Part shown: positions 42,769-56,076 of the stretch, one piece after another
How the letters are laid out: every line of letters begins with the position of its first letter
How positions within the stretch are numbered: position 1 is the stretch's first letter
Assembly (NCBI GenBank): GCA_000004695.1
Contig: CM000154.2
Span: forward strand, 992,001-1,056,000
Source: Dictyostelium discoideum
Lineage: Eukaryota
Length of the DNA: 64,000 bases
Direction: 5' to 3'
Position numbers and translations under genes: made by a program
Notes under the pieces: model-generated
The model's database searches: none
What the model saw: only the letters and a program-made list of their open reading frames with translations
Told to the model about the DNA's origin: nothing

Positions 42769-43540
42769 TTAATATGTCCACATATTAATTGGAGGGTGTT
42801 CAAATAAAGCTGATGATAACATATTACCAGTAGAGGAAAGTCTTAATTTATTAAGTACGATTCCAGTTGGATATTGTTGTGAATTTGAAGTTGCAGAGAC
42901 ATAGTATAAAATTTGTTGAGTTGTATGACCAGCGATTGTATAAATTTTTGTAGAAACTGATCTGGAAGCACTATTTGAAAAATAACCCATATCATAGAAT
43001 GTAGTAGTAGCTGGATAAAGTTTAAATAAATCAGTAATTGGAGTTGGGGAATAATTGTTAACTAAATCAACAAAACTGTATACAAGATTGGTAATTGGAA
43101 TATAAACAGAGTTGTATGGTGAACTTGCAATATTATAATTGGTTGGAATACTTGAAATAGTACATTTATTTGAAGATTGTAATTGACCACCTTGAGTATA
43201 GCTATTTACAAATAGACCAGTTGTATTTGAAAAGACTACACTATAGATTTGAGTTGCCCAATTAAATGCACTTGATGAAAATTGACCATTAATTACATCA
43301 ATAACTTTATAATTATTTGAAGTTGGTGCTAATTTTGTGACTGAAAAGGTTCCAACTGGATTTTGATTTGAAAGTCCTGAAATTACCATTGTTGAAAAAT
43401 AATTGAATTGACTAGCAGTTTGATCTGATGTTATACTAGAAATTAAATAATTTTCTTTTGGAAAGTTCATTACTGCTGGTGTTGGTAACCAACCCTCACC
43501 TGTATAAACATATAAATAAAAGTAATCATTTGAAGTCTAA

Positions 43541-43571
<31 letters not shown>

Positions 43572-43879
43572 AATTAGAAAAGATAAATAATTTTTTTAAT
43601 TTATTTTTTATATATATATATATTTTTACTTACAGTTGATTGACCCAATGCACTAATTTCATTTGTTTTTGAATTATATGTTGAAGTTTGACTTGAAATG
43701 AATTGGAAATTATCAATTTCAACACCTGCAATATAATATGCAGCATCCAAATCTATATTTCCCATATATGCTGTTGTTCCATTATTCCAAATTGAATATG
43801 CCCATTGATCTTGTGCTTTTGCTATAAATGAAAAAATACTGCAAACAATTAATGCAACAATTATTATTTTTGAATCCAT
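42769..43879 (-). CDS. Secreted Ser/Thr/Asn-rich protein with signal peptide; exons 43879-43634 and 43536-42769
   Basis: The ATG is at 43877-43879, opening the signal peptide 'MDSKIIIVALIVCSIFSFIAKAQ'. Donor 'act|GTAAGT' is at 43633 and acceptor 'aattAG' at 43537, at phase 0. The protein continues '…TSNDYFYLYVYTGEGWLPTPAVMNFPKENY…' as a hydroxy-amino-acid-rich mature protein. I recognise no family. Confidence 0.6.
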
Positions 43880-44457
43880 TTACTTTTTCTTTGTTTTTGT
43901 TTTGGGTGTCAATGGTTTTTTTTTTTTTTTTTTTTTTATATAGTTTTATTGAACATAAAATAAAATAAAAAAAAAAATTTTAAAAAAAAAAAAATAAAAA
44001 AATCTAGATATTCAATAGTTGGTGTTAACATTATTTGAAAAAAAAAAAAAATATCTGATTCTATTTTTTTTTTAATTATTTTATTTTTTTATTTTTTTTT
44101 TTTTATTTTATTATGACGTAAGATTACGAAATTACCCTGGTTTTAAGGGAAAACACATCACCAAATTTTAATTTTAATTATTATAAATTTTATAGGATAT
44201 TTTTCAATCTGTTAAAAAAATCTTGAGCACCAAAAAATAGGATTATATTTGTTGTGATTTGCGTGTGTCTAAATATCCTTTGGTGCAATATTGGTTCCCT
44301 ATATAAATCAATAAAAAAAAAAAAAAAAAAAAAGATATTTGTTTGGATTAAAGATAAAAACAAAAACAAAAATAAACCCTAAAATTAAAAAAAAAAAACA
44401 AAAATAATGAAATAATGTTTTATATTATAATTTTAATTTTATTTGGAAATATTGAAT

Positions 44458-44872
44458 TTATACTGCACGTTTGACTTCAAAGAATCTACGGAGATAATAA
44501 ATTTGCCAAATACTTAATGCTATTAAAACAAATGCTTCAAAAACTGACCACCATAAAACTCTACTATTTGTACTTTCTGCGGCTATAATAAAAATAATAT
44601 TAGTAATTATACTTTTTTTTTATTTTAAAAAAAGGATTGTAGAGAGGAAAAAAAAAAAAAATTATAATAAGTGATACTTTACTGTTTCTGTGAGCTGCTT
44701 CTCTCATTTTGAAATAATTTTGTTCATTTTTAACTGCAATAACACCATCTGATAAAGTCATAATTGATCTTTCAATTGGGGTTAAATCCTCTAATTAATA
44801 TTAAAAAAAAAAAAATTGTTAATATATATTAATTATTTAATCTATTTTTATAATTTTATGTGAAAAAAAAAA

Positions 44873-44935
<63 letters not shown>

Positions 44936-45347
44936 TATATTTATAAAAAATTGATTACTTACTCTTTTTAGCGATTTCTCTAATTGGAGAAGATTCACCA
45001 ACAGATAAAATAAAACTAACAGTTTTATCAGTTAATGAAGACATTTTATTACTGAAACAAAAACTGTAGACACCAGCAAAACTTGAACGAAGTGTTTTAG
45101 TACCTTCACTTTCACGTTGACCAGAATATACAATTCTTTTATCTGGTGAAATGATAGTGAAATCAATATCATTGAAACCACCTTGAATAACTTGAAACAT
45201 TGCTGTGAATGATAAATCTACACCAATTTCTTCATAAATACATTCTTCAACTTTTGCTGAAACTTTGAATGAAAATGATTCAACAATTGAATTACTAGCA
45301 ATACATAATAATGCAATAACTAATAATAATAATTTATTATTCATCAT
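44458..45347 (-). CDS. p24/emp24/gp25L (TMED) cargo-receptor family protein; exons 45347-44963, 44790-44683, 44582-44458
   Basis: A signal peptide and GOLD domain are present ('[74 protein letters not shown]'). The coiled-coil exon reads '[35 protein letters not shown]'. The TM/tail exon '[41 protein letters not shown]' carries the p24 hallmark 'TNSRVLWWS' and a cytosolic FF…K(R)xV tail. Confidence 0.8.
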
Positions 45348-45644
45348 TCTTTTTTTTGTTTTTTATTTATTTATTTCCAACAAAATATGATGATTTGGGA
45401 AAAAAAAAAAAAAAAAAAAAAAATTAAAATTGAAAAAAAAATTAAAATTGAAAAAAAAATTTAAAAAAAAAAATTAAAAAAAAAAAAAAATAAAAAAAAA
45501 TAAAAATTTAAAAAAAAAAAAAATAATAAAATTTTTGAACTTCTACTGACGTGTTGGTTTTTTTTTTTTCCAGTTTTAATTTAAATATTTTTATATATTT
45601 ATTTATTTATTTATATATATATATTTTTATATGGGTTTAAAATT

Positions 45645-46915
45645 TTAATAACATGTTGGAGTATATGGATAACAATCAGATGGACCTAATCTACGTGGAT
45701 ATTTTTTATGTTTGTAAATGAGGAATTCTTCATCAAAATCATCATCATCATCATCATCGTAGTCAACTTGGTTATAACGATCATAATAATTTTGATTATG
45801 ACATCCATGGTTATTTCCAGAAACTACACAACATTTGGAACCATCATGTTTAATCTTACATTCAAATCCTCTTCCACAATTCAAGTTGCAAATATCATCG
45901 CATTCAATCTTGACACAGCATTGTTTATCGAATTCATCGATTTTACATTCATGGTTTTATGGACATCTTAATGAACAAATTGGTTTATGATGTGGTGGTG
46001 TTGGTCTTGGTTTATGAATTTTAACACAACATTTGGAACCATCATGTTTAATCTTACATTCAAATCCTCTTCCACAATTTAAATCGCAAATATCATCACG
46101 TTCAATCTTTACACAGCATTGCTTATCAAATTTATCTATTTGGCATTGATGATTTGGTGGACATTTTAATGAGCATACTGGTTTTGGAGATTTACGATGT
46201 CTATGATGATGGTCATCACAAGCCCTTTTGTCCGATTTAAGATATTTACATTTTTTACCCATCTTTTCACAATCCAAATCTTTGCAATCTAAACAATCTG
46301 GATATTCTGGACCATCATAGTCATCAGAGTCTGTTCCACCAGTTGTAGTTGTAACAGATCCAGTTGTAGTTGAAGCAGATCCAGTTGTAGTTCCTTGTGA
46401 TTGTGATTCTGATGAACATATATTTTCATATTCACAAACACCATCCATACAAACACCATTGATGAGACAAGGATCATCTATTGAGCAAACCACAGGAACA
46501 AATATACATACATTAGCTGGACCACCTGCTCTTGAATATGGTAGACATAATGAAGGCAAACATTTATCATTTGAAATACAACCTTCACCTTCACATTCAA
46601 TACAATTTTCAATTGGAGTATGCAAACAACCAACATCACCATCAGAACAAGCGTCATAAGATGAACAACCGTATCCAGTAGCACACCAAGAATTTTCACA
46701 TTTATTAGCTGGTTTTTCACATTCAAATTCTATGGTTCCAATTTGGCAAGTTGAATCAATATCAGGATCAGTGCTTGCAACAAACTCTACTTTGGCAATT
46801 TTCTTCACTACTAAAGCAAAAATCAGTACATGGGTCCATTTTCACATTCTAAAAAATTTAAATTAAAAAAAAAAAAAAATAAATGTAAATATTTATTATT
46901 TATTATTTTTATTTT

Positions 46916-46983
<68 letters not shown>

Positions 46984-47347
46984 TTTCAAAATATTTACCT
47001 TTTAATTCTGGTTCACATTGATTTGTAGCATTACAGAAATAACTTTTTTCACAAGGGGCAAGGACAACAGAGGCACAGTCAATACTAGAATGACAACAAT
47101 TTGGAATTGATTCATAAACGCAAATATTATTTAAACATTCCGGAGTTGGTAATTCACAAATTGGATCTGGTCCATCAATACAATCGGCAACATCAACATA
47201 TGCTTTGCAAATTTGTATTATTATTATTATTATTATTATTTTTTTTTTTTTTATTTTAAAATTAATATTAATAAATATTAAAAATCTTTAAAATTACCTT
47301 GTTGGGAGTAGGAAATAATAAAAATATAAATAATATTCTAAACTTCA
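45645..47347 (-). CDS. Cysteine-rich secreted protein with tandem ~60-aa Cys repeat units and a central Thr/Gly/Ser linker; it contains an in-frame TAA, so it may be a pseudogene, an assembly error or a gene ending at 45957
   Basis: A putative signal exon at 47347-47297 encodes 'MKFRILFIFLLFPTPNK'. The Cys-rich exon at 47203-46998 has donor 'g|GTAAAT'. The acceptor 'tttgctttAG' at 46811 is in phase with the main ORF (46810-45957). Repeat unit 'CSLKCPPNHQCQIDKFDKQCCVKIERDDICDLNCGRGFECKIKHDGSKCCV' recurs as 'CSLRCP*NHECKIDEFDKQCCVKIECDDICNLNCGRGFECKIKHDGSKCCV', with TAA replacing CCA. The same frame then stays open to 45645. The exon 1/2 junction is out of phase as assembled. Confidence 0.45.
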
Positions 47348-48067
47348 TTATTCATAAATGGATTTATTTATATATATATATTTTTTTGATTTTTTAAAAA
47401 AAATAATATTAATAATTAATTGAGTCAGAAAAAAAAAAATTACTTTTTTAATTTGATTATTATAACTATTTTGGTAATTAATGTATCCGTTTTTTACACT
47501 TTAATGACATTCCAATTCACACAAAGTCAATATTATTTGAAATTTCAATGATGATAATTAATGAAAAATCATAATAGTTTTTATTATTTTTTTTTTATTT
47601 ATTTATTTATTTTTTTATTTTTTTATTTTTATTTTTAGGGTAATTTAATAGGAAAGGGGTGGTGGTTTTGTTTAAAAAAAAGTATTTCCAAAACAATAAC
47701 TATGTACACGTGTGGTGTGTGGGAAAATAAATTAAATAAATAAAAATCAGTTAAAAAATTTTAAATTTTTTGTTAATTTTTATATAAATTATTTAATTAT
47801 TTTAATAAAATAGAGGACTCTTCTTATCTTTTTTTTTTTTTTTTTTTTCCACGAAATAATGAAATTTTATTTTAAATTTAGTTGTGGTGGATTACAAAAC
47901 ATATACAAATTTAAATTTAACTGAAATAATATTTAATTTAAAATTTTGAAGAAAAATAAAATAATTATCTAAATATTTTTTTTATTTATAATAATATCTT
48001 GGATATAAGATTTTTAAAAAAAAAAAAAATAAAAAAAATAAAAAAAATAAAAATAAAAATTAAAAAA

Positions 48068-48383
48068 AAAAAAAAAAAACATATTTTTTATTTATTGACA
48101 CCACTCAACAAATATTTAAATAACCAAATACTATATTTTTTTTTTTTTTTTTATAGTTGTGATTAGCGCTTTTTCTATTGCTATAATCTGTTGTGTATTA
48201 AACTAAAAATAAAATAATATTAGAAACAAAAAAAAAAAAAAAAAATTTAATTATTTTTTAGATTTCAAAAAAAATAAAAAAATAAAAAAATAAAAAATTA
48301 AAAATCAAAAATTTTTAATTTAAAAAAAAAAATAAAAAAAAAAATAAAAAAAAATAAAAAAAAATAAAAAAATAAAGGGTTAC
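48068..48383. repeat. Copy 1 of a ~320-bp direct repeat, ending exactly at gap 1
   Basis: 'acatattttttatttattgacaccactcaacaaatatttaaataaccaaatactat…atagttgtgattagcgctttttctattgctataatctgttgtgtattaaactaaaaataaaataata…' recurs at 49414-49745 with about 95% identity. Confidence 0.8.
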
Positions 48384-48483
48384 NNNNNNNNNNNNNNNNN
48401 NNNNNNNNNNNNNNNNNNNNNNNNNNNNNNNNNNNNNNNNNNNNNNNNNNNNNNNNNNNNNNNNNNNNNNNNNNNNNNNNNNN
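48384..48483. other. Assembly gap (100 N)
   Basis: A run of 100 N. Confidence 1.
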
Positions 48484-48981
48484 CCTTAATTAAATTTAAT
48501 TTTTAAGATATTTTTTAAAAATAATTAATTGAGAATAAGGTTAAATTGTTGAGTTTTAATCGAATTGGGAATGATGGCTTTGAAGCTGAAGTGTTATTTC
48601 TAAAATAAAGAAGTATTAAGTATTTTGTAAATGAAATTATAATTTCAAACGGTGTATTTGGATTACTATTATATTTTTTTTTTTTTTTTTTTTTATTTTT
48701 AATTTCCATACTATATTTTAAAAAAATTTATTTTAAAAAAATTTATTTTTAAAATTTATTTTTAAAATTAACCAATTATTTGTTTTTTTATTTTTTTATT
48801 TTTTTTTATTTTTTTTTATGGGAAAAAATAATAATTTAATTCAAAAAAAAGGATTTTTTTTTTTTTATAAAAGAACCTCCCAAAAAAAATCATTTTATTT
48901 TATCCATGGTTTTTTTAATCTTTTATTATTAAATTAATAATTAACACGAATGGTAATATTTGGGTAATGTTTTTATAAATC

Positions 48982-49021
<40 letters not shown>

Positions 49022-49077
49022 AAAAAAAATGTTAAAATAAAAAATTTATTTCCAAAAAAAAAAAAAAAATTTAATAT

Positions 49078-49114
<37 letters not shown>

Positions 49115-49134
49115 TACAATTTATCACCCACACT

Positions 49135-49179
<45 letters not shown>

Positions 49180-49184
49180 ATAAT

Positions 49185-49284
49185 NNNNNNNNNNNNNNNN
49201 NNNNNNNNNNNNNNNNNNNNNNNNNNNNNNNNNNNNNNNNNNNNNNNNNNNNNNNNNNNNNNNNNNNNNNNNNNNNNNNNNNNN
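49185..49284. other. Assembly gap (100 N)
   Basis: A run of 100 N. Confidence 1.
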
Positions 49285-49345
49285 AAAAATAAAATAAAAA
49301 ATAAAAAAAAAAAAAATAAAAAAAATAAAAAAAATAAAAAAAAAA

Positions 49346-49385
<40 letters not shown>

Positions 49386-49413
49386 AAAATAAAAATTAAA
49401 AAAAAAAAAAAAA

Positions 49414-49745
49414 AACATATTTTTTAATTATTGACACCACTCAACAAATAATTAAATAAACAAATACTATATTTTTTTTTTTTTTTTTATAGTTGTGAAT
49501 AGCGCTTTTTCTATTGCTATTATCTGTTGTGTATTTAACTAAAAATAAAATAATAATAAGAACAAAAAAAAAAAAAAAAAAATTAAATAATTTTTAGATA
49601 TCAAAAAAAATAAAAAAATAAAAAAATAAAAAAATAAAAATCAAAAATTTTTAATTTAAAAAAAAAATAAAAAAAAAAAATAAAAAAAATAAAAAAAAAT
49701 TAAAAAATTTAAAAATTAAAAAAAAAAAATTTAAAAGCAACCTTC
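49414..49745. repeat. Copy 2 of the ~320-bp direct repeat, ~130 bp downstream of gap 2
   Basis: See copy 1. Confidence 0.8.
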
Positions 49746-49998
49746 ATCACTCCTCCATAAGCAATCCAATTCATTTTTATAAAAGTAACCAAAGAAAAAA
49801 AAAAAAAAAAATAAATAAATAAATAATAAAAATAAAAAATAAAAAAATAAAAAATAAATCATAAAGTTACCAAAAAGAAAAAAAAAAAAAAAATCCAAAA
49901 TAAATCATAAAGTTACCAAAAAAAGGTAAAAAAAAAAAAGGTAAAAAAAAAAAAAAAAAAAAAAGTAAAAAAAAAAAAAACAAACAAACCCTTCCACT

Positions 49999-50035
<37 letters not shown>

Positions 50036-50047
50036 CTTTTCCCAGCA

Positions 50048-50951
50048 ATGATTGATTCCGCTAGATATCATAGCCATAGTAGTGGAAATCAGGGAAGTGG
50101 ACATGGTATGGACCACACACCCTCCAGTCCTACTTCACATTCACACAGTCCAAATAGCCACCATTCATTCAGTCCAGGTGTTAATAATCTTCCATCATAC
50201 CAACAACACCAACAAATGCAACAACAACAACGTTCAATGGTAAAGAGTGATTCATCTCAAAGTATATCATCTCCTCCATCACCTTTATTAACATCTTCTT
50301 CTCCTTCAACTCCACTTTCAGAAAGTGGTATTGTTTCAAATAATAATACTAATAATAATAATAATAATGGTAACAACAACAACAACAACAACAATAATTC
50401 ACATCAACAAATGCAACATGGTCAACAAAATAACAATGGTGGTGCTCCACCAAGTTCTAAACCCGGTTATCAAACTTGTTCACATGCAAACCATGAACTT
50501 TGGTGGAGTACAAGTCCAGAATTACCAGTTAGTGAATTTTACACTCGATCTTATAAATGTAAAAGATGTTATATAAGACAACAAACTGAAAGTAAAAAGA
50601 CTAGACAAAGTCCAATTGGTAATGGAAATAATGGTCACATGGGAGGCAACAACAACAATCACTCACCACCTCATAGTTATTCTCATTCAAATCAACAACA
50701 TCAACAACAACACCAACAACAACAACAACAAAATCAACACCATCATCATCTTCAACATCAAAACCCCTATTCAAATCAAAATAGTTCAAACTCAAACTCA
50801 AATTCAAACTCAAATTCAAACTCAAATTCAAACTCAAACTCAAACTCAAACTCAAATTCAAACTCAAACTCAAACAACAACAATAATAATGTAAATAATT
50901 GTAATATTAATGGAAGTGGATTTCACCAAAATAGTAACACTAGTAATAGTC

Positions 50952-51000
<49 letters not shown>

Positions 51001-51451
51001 TAATAATAATATTAATAATAATAACAATAATAATAACAATAATAACAATGGTAATAATATAAACTCAAATATTGATAATGCCATAAATCAAACATTTTCC
51101 CAAAATTCAATATTGAGTAGTTTGGCTAATCTCTCATCATCGTATTCCTACAATGGCAACACTATAAAAAATGGCGGAGGTAATCAACAATTACAACAAT
51201 TCGAAAGAAAACAAAGCAAATACTTAGCAAAAAAACATATGAAGCACCAAGAGGAGGCGCAACTCAATGGAATTAGTGGTTATGATAATAGTAGTATTAG
51301 TGGTGGTAGTGAGGATGAACATAATTATCCAATTAATCCAATTAATTATATTGATCAAGTTATAAATAATAGTGGTAAATTTAATTCAAGTAGTATGAAT
51401 AAAGGTATTGGTATCAATCATCACCATCACAATAATAATAATAACAACAAT

Positions 51452-51528
<77 letters not shown>

Positions 51529-52305
51529 TAACAATAACAATAACAATAGTAGTAGTGGATCACCAAAATTAGATAATGAATCTGATGAGAAAAAAATTGA
51601 GTCTTATCATTATATGTTTCAAAATTTACATCCAATGATTGATCGAGATCCAAATAGTCAAGGTTACATCGACAGTTATCTATCTGGTCGTCTTGAACAA
51701 AGTCAATACTTTACAACATTTAGAATAAAGGGTAATCTTGGTGGTGTTTCTGGTAATGGTAATGGAGCGAATAGTAAAATAGGTGGATTTATAACAGAGG
51801 TTATTGTAGGTGGTAAAACTTTTAGAGGAATCGTTTTTGAAGATTTGAAGAGCTCAAATCAAACAAATAATCATTCCCAAAACTTTTCACCAAATCAATC
51901 TGGAACCAATTTAAATAATAGTAATAGCAATATACCTTCTTCAAAAAAAATTAAAGATAAAAATATTTCTCCTTCTTCTTTTTTACCAACAATAGGTTCA
52001 ACAACCTCTACAAGCAATCAATTATCTAATGGTTATAGTAATGGTAGGTTTTAAAAAATTAAAAAAAAAAAAAAAAAAAGTTTTAACAATTTAAAACTCT
52101 TTTGGATTCGATATTAATTTTATTTTATTTTAATATTATTATTATTATTGTTATTTTAGTACCAACCTCTAATGAATTAGAAGCACTTTTAATACTAGGA
52201 AAACAAGTTAAAAACGATGAAGAGTCTAAAAAAAGAAAAAAACCTTACAGTTCAGATACAGAGGATCAATCTTCGTATGCTTTAAAAACAAATTTATTTA
52301 AATAA
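50048..52305 (+). CDS. Asn/Gln/Ser-rich hypothetical protein with a Cys/His cluster; exons 50048-52043 and 52160-52305
   Basis: The ATG is at 50048. The only non-repetitive blocks are 'GYQTCSHANHELWWSTSPELPVSEFYTRSYKCKRCYIRQ' and 'YIDSYLSGRLEQSQYFTTFRIKGNLGGVSGNGNGANSKIGGFITEVIVGGKTFRGIVFEDL'. Donor 'g|GTAGGT' is at 52044 and acceptor 'tattttAG' at 52159, in phase (…NG|VPTSNELEALLILGKQVKNDEESKKRKKPY…*). Confidence 0.5.
50788..50880 (+). repeat. Hexanucleotide microsatellite (caaact/caaatt)n inside the CDS, encoding (SN)n
   Basis: 'tcaaactcaaactcaaattcaaactcaaattcaaactc…' runs for ~90 bp. Confidence 0.9.
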
Positions 52306-53171
52306 TTCTTGGAAAAAAAAAAAAAAAAAATTTTGGAAAAAAAAAAAAAAAAAAAAAAAAACCAATGTATTACACAAAAAAAAAAAAAAAAAAACAATAA
52401 ACAAATAATTTAAAAAAAAAAAAAATTATAAATAGAATAGAATATAATCATAATTGAGGTCCATCATATTTCCATAAATAAAAAAAAAATAAAAAATAAA
52501 AAATATTTTCGTTCGTGTTGGTGAAATTGCCCCACATCATTTTTGGAATAAATTTTTTTATTTTCAATTTCCATAATGGCGCAAAATTAAACCCAATATT
52601 TAATGATTCGCCCAGCCCATTCCGTTCATCACGTTATAATTTGTCATGAAAACAGGGTTCAAAGATTTTTTATTTTTTTTTATTTTTTTTTTTTAAATTG
52701 AATTTTTTTCTTTTATTTTTTTTTTATTTTTTTTTATTTTTTTTTTTTTAATTTTTGTTTTTTTCGAAATTAAAAAGATATATATAAAAAAAAAAAAAAC
52801 AACATAATTGTTTTTATTATTAAAAGTTTTTTATTTTTTAAAATATATCTTTGTGATTTTGAAATTAAATCTTTAATTTTGGTTATAATTTTTATTTTTT
52901 TATTTTTTTATTTTTTTTTCACAAAAAAGAAATTTTACCCATTTTTTTTTTTTTTTTTTTTAAATTAAATTTTTAACAACACACACTATTACCAATATTA
53001 AATATCTAAAAAAAAAAAAAAAAAAAAAAAAAAAGATATCAATAATTATAGTAATAACAATAACAATAATAATAATAATAATAATATTAGTAATATATGT
53101 AAAATTAAATAATAATTAAAATAATTGGGAAATAATAGGAAAAAAAAAATTTGAAAAAAAAAAAAAAAGAA

Positions 53172-56008
53172 ATGAGTGGTAGAAGTAATAGTATTAGTGG
53201 TGGATCAGCTTCAATTAGTAATAGTATTTCAAGTAATTTATCAAAAGAAGAATTCACGAGAAATAAAGTGATTGAAGAGGTTAGAGATGAATATGAAAGA
53301 AAGATATCAGCGATTGTATTTTGTTTACAAGAGAAATCAGAAGAGAATACAGATTTAAATTCAACAATAAAGAAATTAACCGATGAAGCAAAGAAAACTG
53401 AAGATAGCACCAATAAAGTAATCGAGGGATTACATGAGATTACAAGTCACAAAGATGAAGAAATGTTAAAAGAAAGAAAGAAATCACAAGAATTGGAAAG
53501 AAGAATTCAAACAATGTCTGAACTATTTGGTGAAATGGCTGATGAGAATGTAAAATTAAAAGAGATTCTTGAAGATACTCGTTTAAGAATGATTCAAAAT
53601 CAAAAAGATTTCAATAAAGAAGTTTCATTAGAAGTTAAAAGACAACAACAAAAATCACACCAACAGCAGCAACAAAATGGTAATAAATTATTCTCTGGTT
53701 TATCAAAGCTTATACCAGGTACACCCAATGGTAATGGTAATGCTAATGGTAGTTCAAGTACTACATTGGTTGTCACACCATCGTCATCACCAAGAAAAGA
53801 GAATTCTTTTAATTTAAATAATAATGGTTATAATGGTAGTAGTAATGGTACAACACCACCAAATAGTGCAATGACACCAACTTCACCAACATTACCATCA
53901 CATGGTAGTTCATCGAATTTATTATCAACTGAACAAATTATATTGAATAGTTTAGAAGAGATTAAAAAGATTGAAGATTTAATTGGTTTAGATTTAATTC
54001 TATTAACTGATGAAAAATGGACAAATAAATTTAGAGATGCCTCTATTAAAATGATTACAAAATCATTGTTAATTAAAATTATAGATAAGATTGAAGCCGA
54101 TCAATCAAAAGCACAAGATACAATTGAAAAGTTACGTTTATCAGTACAAGATTTAGAATCAAGAACTGATGATCTCACTCACGAGATTCAATTATCTTCT
54201 GAAAAGTTAAAGCAAACTGAAGAATCTTGTTTCAAAGAGAAACAACGTGGTGACTCTTTTAGAGATAGTGCTGTAGAATATGAAAAGAAAATTAAAGATA
54301 TCGAACAAAGAATGTATGATAATCTAAATAAAGAATCACAACGTCGTGTTGATGCTGAATATAATCTAAAGAGAATGAAGAAAAAAGTTGAAGAATTACA
54401 ATTCATGTTGGATCAAATGAATGAAGATAGTTCTGATGATGATGATGACGATGACGATGACGATGATGATGCCGTTGATAGTGATGATAGTGATGCAAGT
54501 TCTGATAGTTCTGATAGTTCTGATGAAGATAATGGTAAAAATAAAAAATCAAATTTAAAATCTTCAAAAAGTGCTAAACAAATTGATACTTCTTCCACTT
54601 TATCATCTGAAAATTCAAAAAAACAAAAAGAAGATGATGAAAAAGAAAAACAACGTAAACAACAAGAAGAGGCAATAGCTGAAAAAAAAAGATTAGAAGA
54701 TGAGGAAAAAAGAATAGCAAATGAAAAGAAGAAACAAGAAGAAGAAAAAAAACGTAAAGAAGAAGAGAAAAGAATTGCATTGGAAAAGAAAAAACAAGAG
54801 GATGAAGAGAAAAGGATTGCATTGGAAAAGAAAAAACAAGAAGATGAAGACAAGAGAATTGCAATGGAAAAAAAGCGTAAAGAAGAAAAAGAAAAAGAAG
54901 AAAAAAGAATTGAAATGGAGAGGCAACGAAAATTAGAGGAAGAGAAAAAAGAACAAGAGAAAAAGAAATTAGAACAAGAGAGAGAAGCAAAATTAGAAAA
55001 TGAACGTAGATTAAGAGAAGAGAAAAAACAAAAAGAAAGAGCTGATAGAGAAGAAAAAGAAAGATTAACTGTTGAACGTTTAGCAAAAGAACGTGAATTG
55101 GTTCAACAAGAACGTGAATTAAAAGAAAAACAACTATTAGATAAAATTAAAAAAGATAAACAAGAAAAATTAGAAAAAGAAAAATTAGAAAAAGAAAGAT
55201 TGGAAAATGAAAAATTAGAAAATGAAAGATTGGGAAAAGAGAAATTAGAAAAAGAGAAATTAGAAAATGAAAGATTAGAAAATGAAAGATTAGAAAATGA
55301 AAGATTAGAAAATGAAAGATTAGAAAATGAAAGATTAGAAAATGAAAGATTAGAAAAAGAAAGATTAGAAAAAGAAAGATTAGAAAATGGAGAGAAATTA
55401 GAAAAAGAGAAATTAGAAAAAGAGAAATTAGAAAAAGAAGAATTAGAAAACAAAAGAAATGAAGAAGAGTTATTATTAAAACAACAACAACAACAAAAAG
55501 AAAAAGAAGAAAAAGAAGAAAAAGAAAAAGAAGAAAAAGAAAAAGAAGAAAAAGAAAAAGAAGAAAAAGAAAAAGAAAGAATTGAATTAGAAAAACAAAA
55601 AGCAGAAGAAGAAGAAGAAGCAGAAAAATTAAGAAAACTAAAGGAACAAGAAGAAGAACAAAAATTAGAATTAAAAAGAATTAGAGATGAACAAAAGAAG
55701 ATTGATGATGAAAAAGAAAGAATTGAAAAAGAAAATATTGAAAAAGAAAAACAAAGAATCGAAAATCAAGAAAAAGAGAGATTAGAGAAATTACAACAAG
55801 AACAACAAAGATTATTTGATGAACAAGAAAAAAAATCAAAAGAAATTGAAATTCAATTATTAAAAGAGGAGAGAGAAGAACTTGAAGCTGAAAAAGCACG
55901 TTTAGCCTCTCTAAAAAGTGAAGCTGCTGCCGCTCGTTCAAGATCAAATTCTAGCACTTCAAACTCTTCAAATAATAGCTCCTCTTCAAATTTAAATCAC
56001 AATAATAC

Positions 56009-56076
<68 letters not shown>

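Noticed and set aside
49134-49418. ORF spanning the second N gap
   Set aside because: It is an artefact of translating poly-A/T and N.
55255-55392. Possibility that the 15-bp direct repeats are a CRISPR-like array
   Set aside because: The genome is eukaryotic. The repeats have no spacers and are in frame within a long ORF, encoding ENERL.
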